Assembly: GCA_050008655.1 (NCBI GenBank)
Contig: JBEKMF010000003.1
Location: forward strand, 1 to 49,422
Source: Smithellaceae bacterium
GTDB lineage: Bacteria > Desulfobacterota > Syntrophia > Syntrophales > Smithellaceae
Length of the DNA stretch: 49,422 bases
Direction of reading: 5' to 3'
Shown piece after piece: positions 34,874 to 43,870 of this stretch; the stretch's first letter is position 1; every line of letters starts with the position of its first letter. Below the pieces are notes generated by a model. That model worked only from the letters and a program-made list of their open reading frames with translations. It was not told the DNA's origin and searched no databases. Position numbers and translations under genes: made by a program.

Positions 34874-36458
34874 AATATCCGAATTTAGATTCGATCAATG
34901 GGCGGATGATCTTCGCGAGTGGATCCGCAAGAGCGTCTCTCCGTTTGAGGACGATACTCCCGATAAACAAAAAGAGCGCAAAGAGCGCGCCTCCTGGGAT
35001 CGCCTTTATTTTTTTAAAACATATCTGCCGCATTACTTTTTTGTGGAGTTTGAAGATTTTCATGAGGAATGGTCGGAACTCGCCGATCTGAAAAATGAAG
35101 TGGGACTTCTGGCTGCTCCGCGTGAGCATGCGAAATCGACATTCTTTTCCTTAGGATTACCGATTCACGATATTGCTTACGCGCTCAAGCATTTTATTAT
35201 TTTGATTTCTGACACCAATGACCAGGCTAAAGGATTTACTCTGCCGATACGGCTCGAGCTCGAAGAAAATCCTCGGCTCCTGCATGATTTCGGCGAATTC
35301 CAGGGACGGAAGTGGTCGGACAGTGATTTCACCACGGCGAACGGCGTGCGGGTACTGGCGCGCGGGCGCGGGGAAAAAGTGCGCGGCCTGAAAAATATGC
35401 AGTACCGCCCGGACAGGGTTATCGTTGACGATTTTGAAAACGATCAAAACGTCCGCAATCCCAAACTGGTCAAACAGGGAATTGATTGGCTCTTAACCGC
35501 CGTTCTGGGATCCCTGGGTGAAGGCTTCTCTTTTACGATGGTCGGCAATCTGTTTGCCGCCCGGTCGATTCTCTCGCAATTGATGAAAGAGACGGAGGAT
35601 GAAACCGGAAAGCCCCTGTACGTCAGCAAAATTTATGATGCCATCCGGGATGACGGATCTCCCTTGTGGCCTGCTCTTTGGCCTGCGGAAAGAATCGAAA
35701 AACGCCGCCGGCAAATGGGAACCGTCCGCTTCAACAAGGAAATGCGCAACCGTGTGGGCGCGGAAGACAGCCCGATCAAGGAATCCTGGATTCTTTATGT
35801 CCCGGCAACCGAACTCGCGCCGGAGATCTGGCTCAAAAAGAAATTTGTCGTTGCGGCTTTTCTTGACCCCTCGGGGAAAGGCACGGAAACGACCGATTAT
35901 AAAGCTATCTCCGTAGTCGGCAAATGTGTGGAGACCAATATCATCGATGTTCTCCATGCCTGGATCCGGCACGCTTCGGTCAATGAAATGTGGGCGCACG
36001 TCTGGAAAATCGATGAGGAATTTCATTGCGGGATGGGCGTGGAAATCAACATGTTTCAGGATTTCCTGATCGATTCTTATAAAAATTATGCCGAGAAGGC
36101 CGGGCGCTGGGTGAATATGAACGAAGTAACTCATTCCACGGAAAAGATCGCCCGGATCGTCAACCGGATATCGCCGCTGGCGGAATTCGGCCGGCTTCGT
36201 TTCATCAAGGGCAATTCCGATCAGGACCTCCTGGTCGAGCAGGTAATCTATATCATGGACCCGAATGTCAACGATGACGGGCCGGACTCGCTGGAGGGAG
36301 CAATCAGCTCACTGGGTTCGGAAGCGGTGAGTCTGGGAACCGACCCGAAAAAAAGGGAAACAGCATTCGGCAGAAACTACCGGGATCCGGCCCGGCCGGG
36401 TGGATTTTTCGGGAGGTTTGCAAAACATGAAGTGTATCATCCCGATCCCACCGCATAG
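34857..36458 (+). CDS. Terminase large subunit
   Basis: Walker A APREHAKST, Walker B RPDRVIVDD, nuclease FLDPS and NDDGPDSLEG. Confidence 0.93.
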   Translation: MRKRPEISEFRFDQWADDLREWIRKSVSPFEDDTPDKQKERKERASWDRLYFFKTYLPHYFFVEFEDFHEEWSELADLKNEVGLLAAPREHAKSTFFSLGLPIHDIAYALKHFIILISDTNDQAKGFTLPIRLELEENPRLLHDFGEFQGRKWSDSDFTTANGVRVLARGRGEKVRGLKNMQYRPDRVIVDDFENDQNVRNPKLVKQGIDWLLTAVLGSLGEGFSFTMVGNLFAARSILSQLMKETEDETGKPLYVSKIYDAIRDDGSPLWPALWPAERIEKRRRQMGTVRFNKEMRNRVGAEDSPIKESWILYVPATELAPEIWLKKKFVVAAFLDPSGKGTETTDYKAISVVGKCVETNIIDVLHAWIRHASVNEMWAHVWKIDEEFHCGMGVEINMFQDFLIDSYKNYAEKAGRWVNMNEVTHSTEKIARIVNRISPLAEFGRLRFIKGNSDQDLLVEQVIYIMDPNVNDDGPDSLEGAISSLGSEAVSLGTDPKKRETAFGRNYRDPARPGGFFGRFAKHEVYHPDPTA

Positions 36459-36529
36459 CGGTTAGGGACGGGATCAATTCGACCTGCGAATTTCAGTGCA
36501 TTTTATTTCTGAAATTCGGGTCTCATTGA
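36440..36529 (+). ncRNA. Structured repeat motif, copy C (terminase-portal junction)
   Basis: TCCCG..CGGGA-TCAAT-TC-gacc..cgaatttcag/ctgaaattcg-ggtc-TC-ATTGA-GAGG, ATG at 36539. Confidence 0.75.
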
Positions 36530-36538
36530 GAGGCTGAA

Positions 36539-38080
36539 ATGAGCATTTTAGAAAGCATCGTGAAAAAAATAGTGCCGGGATTGAAGAATGAGACGGAAAT
36601 AAAAACTCTCGTCGCCGAGGAAATCAAACGCGTGCGCATGGCGCTGCCGATCACCTCCAATTATGATCTCACGGGCGACGGTTACCGCCGGTATTCCGAC
36701 AGCATAATCAACCGCAATCTCATGCCGGTGCAGCAATACCGCATGTATGAAATCGCCTATTTCATGTGGGATTCCTCCGCAATGTTTCGCCGCCTCGCGG
36801 TACTCGACCGCGGATTTCTCTTCTCGGACAGGATCGATATCACCTCGGAGGACGATGATGTCAAGGCTTTGATTGATAAATTCTGGAACGATGAAGAAAA
36901 CAAAATGGACATCCGCTACCCGGATAAAGCCATGTGGCTTTCCATCCTGGGAGACCAGTTGTGGCCGGTGGAAGTGAATCCGCAAACCGGATTTGTACGG
37001 CTCAAATACATCGACCCGTCGCTGATCAAGGAGGTCTGGGTGAATCCGGACAACACCGAACAGGTGCTGCAGGTGGAAACGATGCAATTTTCCGGGAGGC
37101 CCTCCAGAAAATATAATACCATCCGGCGCGATACGAACATTTATTCCAAAAGCTTTGAGAGGCTGATGGGCGATTGCCTATATTTGTCCGTCAATCACCC
37201 GCCCAGTGCTCAACGCGGACGTTCCGACTTCATCACGCTTTTTGATTGGATCGATGCCCTGGAACGCTACGGCTATAACTATCTGGAACGGGCGGAACTG
37301 CTTCTGAATTTTGTCTGGGATATTGAACTCAAAGGCGCGGATGAAACAGCGATTCGCAAATGGCTGCAGGAGAACCCGCCGCCTCAGCCGGGAAGCCAGC
37401 GGGCACATAATGAAAATGTGACCTGGCAGGCGGTGGCGCCGGACCTCAAATCGCACGATATGACGGAAGGTTTCGACATGGGCAAGGCTTTCATCATGGG
37501 TGCGGCAGGCAGGCCGGATTCCTGGTTCGGTAAAGGCGGCAAAGTTTATCAGACCGAAGCGGAACAGATGCAGCAGGTGCCCATTGCCGATCTCGAACAG
37601 CGGCAGGAATTCCATCAATACAACATTGAAACTTTAATCCAATTCGTCATCGATCAGGCGGTAATTCATGGAATGCTCTCCGCCGAAAAAGCCGCCGCCG
37701 GATTTACGGTGACCATGCCGACGATATCGAAAAAAGATATGAACAAAATAATTGCCGGTATTCCGCAATTAACGGCGGCGCTGGTTGTGGCGGAAAATCA
37801 GAGTTGGATACGCAAGGATACGGCAACGAGGATGTTTGCCTTCGCGGCGGATAACCTGGGTTATGAAATAAGTGCCGATGATGAAATCGAAGCGGCGGGA
37901 AAGACATTGCCGCCTGAACAGACCGACTATGCGGCACTGTTAAAGAAGACACCGAAGGATGAGACGATAAATAATAAAGCATCACTACTAGATCAGGCGA
38001 CCATCGATAAGATGACAGATGCAATCAAAGATTTTAATTCACGGCAGAAGAAAAAGGGGTCTCATGTCTCTACAAACTGA
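36539..38080 (+). CDS. Portal protein
   Basis: 513 aa between the terminase and the minor head gene; RGRSD motif. Confidence 0.8.
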   Translation: MSILESIVKKIVPGLKNETEIKTLVAEEIKRVRMALPITSNYDLTGDGYRRYSDSIINRNLMPVQQYRMYEIAYFMWDSSAMFRRLAVLDRGFLFSDRIDITSEDDDVKALIDKFWNDEENKMDIRYPDKAMWLSILGDQLWPVEVNPQTGFVRLKYIDPSLIKEVWVNPDNTEQVLQVETMQFSGRPSRKYNTIRRDTNIYSKSFERLMGDCLYLSVNHPPSAQRGRSDFITLFDWIDALERYGYNYLERAELLLNFVWDIELKGADETAIRKWLQENPPPQPGSQRAHNENVTWQAVAPDLKSHDMTEGFDMGKAFIMGAAGRPDSWFGKGGKVYQTEAEQMQQVPIADLEQRQEFHQYNIETLIQFVIDQAVIHGMLSAEKAAAGFTVTMPTISKKDMNKIIAGIPQLTAALVVAENQSWIRKDTATRMFAFAADNLGYEISADDEIEAAGKTLPPEQTDYAALLKKTPKDETINNKASLLDQATIDKMTDAIKDFNSRQKKKGSHVSTN

Positions 38081-38888
38081 ATTTGATAATAAGATAGCTG
38101 AATTGATCCGGCAGGCCGAACAGATGACGGATGACCAGGTGGCGAAAGCCATCCAGATTCTGGAGCGGGCGCGCCGGGAAGTGCTTTCGACCGTCGGCAC
38201 AACGGACTGGCAGATTTATCATCTGCCGCAGTTGAAAACGGCAATCGAACGGGCGATGCAGGAGTTTGCTTCGCGCTACGGCGTGGAATTGAACCGTGAC
38301 GAATCGCAATTCTGGAATTTCGGGCAGCAGATGGTGGATGACCCGCTGCGCACGATCGGCATAATTGCCGCCATACCGGCGATCGATACCACTATTTTCG
38401 GCGCCTTGCAGAATTATTCCAAGCATCTGATCGACAGCCTGGGCGCCGACGCCACGGCCAAAATATATAACGAATTCGCAATGGGATTAATCGGGAAGAA
38501 ATCGCCCTTCGAGGTGATGCAGGCGGTGGGCGCCAATCTGAATGAACCGTCGATTTTTAATTCGATTGCCTCCCGTGCGGAAACGATCACGCGGCAGGAA
38601 TGCGGCCGGATCCTGGAGGAAGCCACGCAGGCGCGCATGGAGCGCGCGGCGGAGGTGGTGCCGGGACTGAAAAAACAGTGGAAGCACGGCACGTCAAGAG
38701 TGCCGCGATTGACGCATCTCGCGGCTGTGGATCAGGTCCGTGCTGTTAATGAACCGTTCCTGGTCGGCGGCGAACAATTGATGTACCCGCGCGACATGAA
38801 CGGATCGCCGAGGAATACGATCAATTGCAGTTGCTACACCGTACCCTATTCTGCGGATTGGAGTGAGGCGCTGGATAAAGCGGCTTGA
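38064..38888 (+). CDS. Minor head / head morphogenesis protein (Mu gpF / SPP1 gp7-like)
   Basis: RAETITRQE, KKQW, RLTH, LMYPRD, INCSC. Confidence 0.85.
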   Translation: MSLQTEFDNKIAELIRQAEQMTDDQVAKAIQILERARREVLSTVGTTDWQIYHLPQLKTAIERAMQEFASRYGVELNRDESQFWNFGQQMVDDPLRTIGIIAAIPAIDTTIFGALQNYSKHLIDSLGADATAKIYNEFAMGLIGKKSPFEVMQAVGANLNEPSIFNSIASRAETITRQECGRILEEATQARMERAAEVVPGLKKQWKHGTSRVPRLTHLAAVDQVRAVNEPFLVGGEQLMYPRDMNGSPRNTINCSCYTVPYSADWSEALDKAA

Positions 38889-38924
38889 AATATAAATAAT
38901 TTTTAATATGGAGGTAAAAAAATC

Positions 38925-39371
38925 ATGGACAAGAAAGCAATCGACAAATTAATCGCGGATGCATTGAAGGCTTACGGCATCGATAAGAAATTCGTTGCCA
39001 GCAGCAACTTCGATGACAAGACCGAAGAGGCGGTTATCGTCACCGCGGCGGGTAAAGAAGTGCGCTTCAAGGCAGGAGCAGAAGTCACACCTCTGGCTGA
39101 AGTCGACATCATCAAACCTAAGTCCGGCAAAAATGCAACCGGTGACAAATTAATCGCCGAAGCCCTGGACGCTTTCGGCATCGGTGAAAAATATGTGGCG
39201 GGAAGCCGCATCGATGATGTTACCGGCGAGGCGGTCATTACGACTGTCGGCGGAACAAAGGTGCGTTATTCATCGGGCGCTAAGGTCGATCCGCTCCCGG
39301 AGATTGCCATCACCGGCATTAATCGGGCGCCCAAGAGAAAACCGATCACCGGCGGCAAAGATAAAAAATAA
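38925..39371 (+). CDS. Hypothetical protein made of two tandem ~65-aa domains
   Basis: DKLIADALKAYGI...EAVIVT vs DKLIAEALDAFGI...EAVITT. Confidence 0.75.
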   Translation: MDKKAIDKLIADALKAYGIDKKFVASSNFDDKTEEAVIVTAAGKEVRFKAGAEVTPLAEVDIIKPKSGKNATGDKLIAEALDAFGIGEKYVAGSRIDDVTGEAVITTVGGTKVRYSSGAKVDPLPEIAITGINRAPKRKPITGGKDKK

Positions 39372-39418
39372 CGAGTCCCGGCGATAATTAGACTCGGGGG
39401 TAAGGAGAATAGACAGAT

Positions 39419-42085
39419 ATGGCGAAAAAAACTCAAAAAGAAGGCGGTGTTGATTATCCGGCAACGGCGTACTTATATGTGCCTGATCCGAAAAGCCCCA
39501 GCACCTGGAAACTGCGCTATAAAAATTACATTGACGGCAAGTTGCAGCTCGATCCGGCGCAATTGGGAAAAGCCGTAGCCGCATTTTCTCCGGGCGGATT
39601 CCGGGGCCAGAAGGTGGAAATGCCGGAAGCCGATAAAAAGAAAGTCATGGCGAAGATTCGCAGCATTTATACCAAAACGCTGAAGACCAAAGAAGCGGAT
39701 CTGCCGGAAACACTGCGCTCGGTACAGGATATGAGTTTCAGCGATATCCGGAGTGCCCTGTGGGATGCCCTGCAGGCCCTGGCTCCCAATGATCCGATCT
39801 GCATCGAGGAAGTTTATCCGGATTATGTGATTTATGGGCAGGGAGATACTTTTTTCAAACGATCTTACTCCGTCCTCGATGATGCCGTTACGCTGGGCGA
39901 AAACCCGGTGGAAGTCGAGGAGACCTGGATCGAAACGCAATCCGCTCAGGCCGAAACGGATGAAGGCATGGAAGTCATCATGCAACTTGCCGCCAAAGAC
40001 GTGGAAGGCAAGGCCTTCGATGTAACGATCTGCGAGCCGGGCTTTACCAAAAACGGCTGGTTTATTCCCGAAGACATACTGCCGGCAGCGGCGGCATTGT
40101 TCGAGAACGTGGATGTTAATATTTTCGAGTTGCCGGAGGGGAAAGGCGCGACACATCTGCCGGATGAATTGTTCGACCTGAAATCGCTCCTGGTGAAAAA
40201 CAAGGTCGCCTTTATTGACAGTGTGAAGGCTGTTGCCGGCAAAGGGCTGATGGGCGTGCTGCACTTCCTGGATTCCGCTCAATGGCTCGGGAAAAATATA
40301 CTCAAAGCACTGAATGATAAAAAATTCGTTTACGGGCTTTCCTATGATGCCCGGGTGCGCGCAGCGAAAGACGAAATCGACGGCAAGAAAGTTTTTAAAA
40401 TTCTAAAGTTTATTGCCGCCGATTCCGTGGACATAGTAACGAGGCCCGCCGCGGGCGGGAAATTTAACCGGGCAGTGGCATCCATGCCGGCCCAAAACAA
40501 GGAGGATCTCATGAAACAAAAGATTTGGGATTTGATCAAAGCGAAAAGGCCGGATCTCCTGAAAGATAAAGAGTTCGACAAGGTATCCGACGACGAAATG
40601 GAGACACTGGCCAGGATGGCAATGGAGCCGCCTCCGGACGGAGACGGGAAGGACAAGGACAACCTGGTAACGAAGGAAATGTTTGCGGCCCTGCGTTGCG
40701 AGATGGCGCTCAAAGACACACTGGCAGCGAGTGATCTGCCGGAAGTGGCCAAAGACCGCATTCGCATTACCTTCAAGGACAAGGTTTTCAAAGATGACGA
40801 GTTGACTCGCGCCATCGCGGCGGAAAAGGAGTATCTGGCCAAAGTCAATCCGCAGCCGGGCGACGGTACCGTCATCCCCGGAAGTTCGGTCACCGGCGGA
40901 TTAGGATCGTTTTTACGCGCCTGCATGGCCGTGGATAAGTTATTCGGGCTGGATAAAGCAACTATCGAGAAGATGGCGAAAGTGGAACGCCTGGATCATC
41001 GTCCTTTCTTCGAGGACATGCGTTCCACCCAGGATTACGCCGATTTCGAGAAGGTTCCGGCTTTCCACTCTCTGCGCGAGATGTACACCTTTTTCACGGG
41101 CGATCCGGAAGTAACCGGAAGGTTCAACCGCAAAGCCCTGGCTCCGGAGTTGCGCTCTTCGATGGACATCAACTCCGCCACTTTCACCTATGTGCTGGGT
41201 AATACTTTAGGCCGTAGGCTCGTGGCGCTTTACCGCGAGATGAAATACCAGGAAGAGTTGCTTATCTCGATAAAGAAACCGGTCAAAGATTTCCGTCAGC
41301 AGGAAGCGGTGCTGGTCGGTGGATTCCCGGATCTGTCCACTGTGGATCCGGAAGTGAATGATTATCAGGAAATCGCCGGCGTGACCGATGAAGAGTCCAC
41401 CTACTCCATCGGGCAAAAGGGCAACCTGCTCTCCATCAGCCGGAAGACCATCATCAACGACGATATCAGCATCATCATGAGATTGATTGCGGGCCTTTCC
41501 CGTGCCGCACGCAGAACTCATGCGAAGTACGTGTGGAATTTCGCCATCAACAACTCGAATTGTACCGATGCCACAGCCTGGTTCACCGGCGCGGGCGCCC
41601 ACCTCAACCTGGGCACCTCGGCTCTGACCTATGCCACCGCGCTCATCGCCTATAAGGCGCTGGCCGAGATGACGGAGAAGGATTCCGGCGAAAGATTGGG
41701 GCTTCTGGATGATCCGAGCGTAAAACCGAATCTCATCGGCCCCATCGACATTATGGAAACAATCAACAAGATCGCCACGGAACAGTTCTATTATTCCGCG
41801 AACGATCTGACGACAAAATTGCCCAACCCGCTCGCCGGGAAAATCAATGCGGTGGTGCTTTCACTTTTGACCGATGCAAACGACTGGTATCTGATTCTGC
41901 CGCCGAATGTTTGCGACATTATCGAGATGGGTTATCTAAACGGGCGCGAGGATCCGGAATTGTTCGTGGCCGATATGCCGCAGTCCGAGCAGGTTTTTGT
42001 GGCCGACAAAATCCGCCACAAGATCCGCCATGAATATGCGGGCGCAGTGATCGATTACCGCAGCGGCTACAAAGCGAGTGTATAG
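39419..42085 (+). CDS. Fused prohead protease - scaffold - major capsid protein (Mu gpI/gpT-like)
   Basis: GLSYDA and SVDIVTRPAAGG protease motifs; helical scaffold; gpT-like C-terminus DWYL..YLNGREDP..KIRHEYAG..DYR. Confidence 0.85.
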   Translation: MAKKTQKEGGVDYPATAYLYVPDPKSPSTWKLRYKNYIDGKLQLDPAQLGKAVAAFSPGGFRGQKVEMPEADKKKVMAKIRSIYTKTLKTKEADLPETLRSVQDMSFSDIRSALWDALQALAPNDPICIEEVYPDYVIYGQGDTFFKRSYSVLDDAVTLGENPVEVEETWIETQSAQAETDEGMEVIMQLAAKDVEGKAFDVTICEPGFTKNGWFIPEDILPAAAALFENVDVNIFELPEGKGATHLPDELFDLKSLLVKNKVAFIDSVKAVAGKGLMGVLHFLDSAQWLGKNILKALNDKKFVYGLSYDARVRAAKDEIDGKKVFKILKFIAADSVDIVTRPAAGGKFNRAVASMPAQNKEDLMKQKIWDLIKAKRPDLLKDKEFDKVSDDEMETLARMAMEPPPDGDGKDKDNLVTKEMFAALRCEMALKDTLAASDLPEVAKDRIRITFKDKVFKDDELTRAIAAEKEYLAKVNPQPGDGTVIPGSSVTGGLGSFLRACMAVDKLFGLDKATIEKMAKVERLDHRPFFEDMRSTQDYADFEKVPAFHSLREMYTFFTGDPEVTGRFNRKALAPELRSSMDINSATFTYVLGNTLGRRLVALYREMKYQEELLISIKKPVKDFRQQEAVLVGGFPDLSTVDPEVNDYQEIAGVTDEESTYSIGQKGNLLSISRKTIINDDISIIMRLIAGLSRAARRTHAKYVWNFAINNSNCTDATAWFTGAGAHLNLGTSALTYATALIAYKALAEMTEKDSGERLGLLDDPSVKPNLIGPIDIMETINKIATEQFYYSANDLTTKLPNPLAGKINAVVLSLLTDANDWYLILPPNVCDIIEMGYLNGREDPELFVADMPQSEQVFVADKIRHKIRHEYAGAVIDYRSGYKASV
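40511..42085 (+). CDS. Nested in-frame product (scaffold plus capsid, 524 aa) from an internal start
   Basis: AAGGAGG at 40499-40505, 5-nt spacer, in-frame ATG immediately after the protease domain. Confidence 0.7.
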   Translation: MKQKIWDLIKAKRPDLLKDKEFDKVSDDEMETLARMAMEPPPDGDGKDKDNLVTKEMFAALRCEMALKDTLAASDLPEVAKDRIRITFKDKVFKDDELTRAIAAEKEYLAKVNPQPGDGTVIPGSSVTGGLGSFLRACMAVDKLFGLDKATIEKMAKVERLDHRPFFEDMRSTQDYADFEKVPAFHSLREMYTFFTGDPEVTGRFNRKALAPELRSSMDINSATFTYVLGNTLGRRLVALYREMKYQEELLISIKKPVKDFRQQEAVLVGGFPDLSTVDPEVNDYQEIAGVTDEESTYSIGQKGNLLSISRKTIINDDISIIMRLIAGLSRAARRTHAKYVWNFAINNSNCTDATAWFTGAGAHLNLGTSALTYATALIAYKALAEMTEKDSGERLGLLDDPSVKPNLIGPIDIMETINKIATEQFYYSANDLTTKLPNPLAGKINAVVLSLLTDANDWYLILPPNVCDIIEMGYLNGREDPELFVADMPQSEQVFVADKIRHKIRHEYAGAVIDYRSGYKASV

Positions 42086-42129
42086 CAGCAAGTCGTGAAG
42101 AAGGAAGTGTTCGGCAAAAGTTAATTATC

Positions 42130-42172
42130 AGGCCGGAAGGCTGAACCATTGAAAACTTCAGCCTTCCGCCTT
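42130..42172 (+). terminator. Strong hairpin after the capsid gene (terminator or mRNA stabiliser)
   Basis: aggccggaaggctgaa...ttcagccttccgcct; weak U-tract. Confidence 0.5.
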
Positions 42173-42193
42173 AATCCTGAAAGTGAGGCTAAT

Positions 42194-43123
42194 ATGAAAA
42201 AACTGCGATTAAATATTTTTGCCGTGTTCATGGCCTTGATTTTTGCAGCGGTAATGGCCATGCCGGCACAGGCTGCATTGCGTTGGACAAATAAGTTCGT
42301 TCGTTTTACCGCGGTCGCCGGGGAAACACTGGCCACCGGCAATGTAGTTACCATCAAAAACTCCGACGGCCTGGTTTATAAAGCCAACGCCGCTTCCGGG
42401 ACTCTCCGGCCAGCGGTAGGCGTTATCGACAAGGGCGGAGCGGCCGGCGCCAGCGTCGAAATCGTTGGTTATGGCATTTTGGAAGGCAATTCCTCGCTGA
42501 CTATAAGCGGCGCAGGTTATCTTTCCGGAACGACAGCCGGCGCGATCACACAGTCGTCACCGGCGTATAGCCAGCAAATAGGTTATGCCATCAGCACTAC
42601 GGCTTACCTGATCAATTGCCGCAACTATCTGGACACTACGGCATTGACAACGCTGGGAACACTGACCGGGGCGACGCCGCTGGTGTTTGATGGAGCGACG
42701 GTAGATTCCTATACGACAACCCTGAATATAGTTGATCCGACGTCACCCAGCAAGAATGTTTATCTGCCAAATAAGACCGGTTACCTGCGGGTGGCCACAC
42801 AACCAACCACGGCGGCAACGGTATTGACGCCGGGTGCGGCAGTTGCATTGAATGTCGCGACCTCGACCCTCTTCTCCCTGACTCCTAACGATGGAGAGGC
42901 TGAAGAAATCACATTTTCAGGGGCAGGAGCAGTCGGCGATGAAGTAACTATCATTCTTGTTAGTTCCACATCATCGACTGAGGCTATTACTTTCAATGCG
43001 ACCCTGGTTTCATCCACCGGCGCATTGACTGTCAGTGCCACGGCGGCGAGATATTATGTCATCAAATTCATTTCCAATGGGACGCATTGGTTTGAGTTGA
43101 CGAGGACAGCGGTCCAGACATAA
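42194..43123 (+). CDS. DUF2190/capsid-cement-like protein with signal-peptide-like N-terminus and C-terminal extension
   Basis: AGETLATGNVV..YKA..AVGV..YLS..AGAIT...QQIGYA; AQA cleavage-like site. Confidence 0.6.
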   Translation: MKKLRLNIFAVFMALIFAAVMAMPAQAALRWTNKFVRFTAVAGETLATGNVVTIKNSDGLVYKANAASGTLRPAVGVIDKGGAAGASVEIVGYGILEGNSSLTISGAGYLSGTTAGAITQSSPAYSQQIGYAISTTAYLINCRNYLDTTALTTLGTLTGATPLVFDGATVDSYTTTLNIVDPTSPSKNVYLPNKTGYLRVATQPTTAATVLTPGAAVALNVATSTLFSLTPNDGEAEEITFSGAGAVGDEVTIILVSSTSSTEAITFNATLVSSTGALTVSATAARYYVIKFISNGTHWFELTRTAVQT

Positions 43124-43131
43124 ATATTCAA

Positions 43132-43200
43132 TCCTGATCGCCTAAAGGCGACAGGATCAATTCGCTTTGGGATCCTATTCGGGATCCAGAGGCTCATTGA
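43132..43200 (+). ncRNA. Structured repeat motif, copy D
   Basis: TCCTG-a-tcgcc taaa ggcga-CAGGA-TCAAT-TC-gcttt..ggatcc/ggatcc..aggc-TC-ATTGA-GGAGG, ATG at 43212. Confidence 0.75.
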
Positions 43201-43211
43201 GGAGGATGCCA

Positions 43212-43691
43212 ATGAAACAAAAAAGATTTGGGTTTATTGCCGAGCTCGCCGCGATACTGGTGGTTTTATTCATCGCCACAGTCTATGCGGGAAGTTTCTG
43301 GCAAACAAAAAATATCCGCATTTCCGGGACAGCCGGAGAGACACTGGCCACCGGTGATGCAGTTTGCATTAAGGCGGCGGATAGTAAAATCTGGAAGGCC
43401 GATGCCGATGATTCCAGTTTACGGCCGGCAATAGGCGTTATCGGAAAAGGTGGGGCTGCCGGAGCGACCGTCGAAATCGTGATGGACGGGATACTCACCG
43501 GACAGACGAGTGCCAGCCCCGGTGCCAGAGTATATCTGTCGGCAACGACCGCAGGAGCACTGACGACAACTGTAGGAACAAATGCTCAACCGATGGGGTT
43601 TGTAATGCCCCAGACAGTCGGTACCAGCGGCGCATCGACGATATATTATGTGCGGCCGGTAATAGTCGGTACCGGCGGAGCTGGATACTAA
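43212..43691 (+). CDS. DUF2190/cement-like paralog of the preceding gene's N-domain
   Basis: AGETLATGDAV..WKA..LRPAIGVIGKGGAAGATVEIV..YLSATTAGALT; VYA cleavage-like site. Confidence 0.65.
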   Translation: MKQKRFGFIAELAAILVVLFIATVYAGSFWQTKNIRISGTAGETLATGDAVCIKAADSKIWKADADDSSLRPAIGVIGKGGAAGATVEIVMDGILTGQTSASPGARVYLSATTAGALTTTVGTNAQPMGFVMPQTVGTSGASTIYYVRPVIVGTGGAGY

Positions 43692-43708
43692 TTTGAAATA
43701 TCAATCAT

Positions 43709-43828
43709 CCGGAGGGAGACTTGCCCCGTTAGAAGTTATCGCTTCTAACGGGGGGACCTCCTCCGGTTTCCAGAAGCCGGAATCAATCCCATTAGAGGCG
43801 TCGCCTCTAACGGGACAAGCAGATTCCC
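43709..43828. repeat. Compound REP-like element (copies 5 and 6 nested in outer stems)
   Basis: CTTG-CCCCGTTAGAAG..CTTCTAACGGGG at 43724-53 and TCCCATTAGAGGCG-T-CGCCTCTAACGGGA-CAAG at 43787-815. Confidence 0.8.
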
Positions 43829-43870
43829 GCCTGTGGAAACCGAATTTCGGGCTGAAGGAGGGCAAAAAAG

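Noticed and set aside
29722-43230. Shared MKQKRF start of the genes at 29722 and 43212
   Set aside because: Too short and A-rich to distinguish from convergent signal-peptide starts
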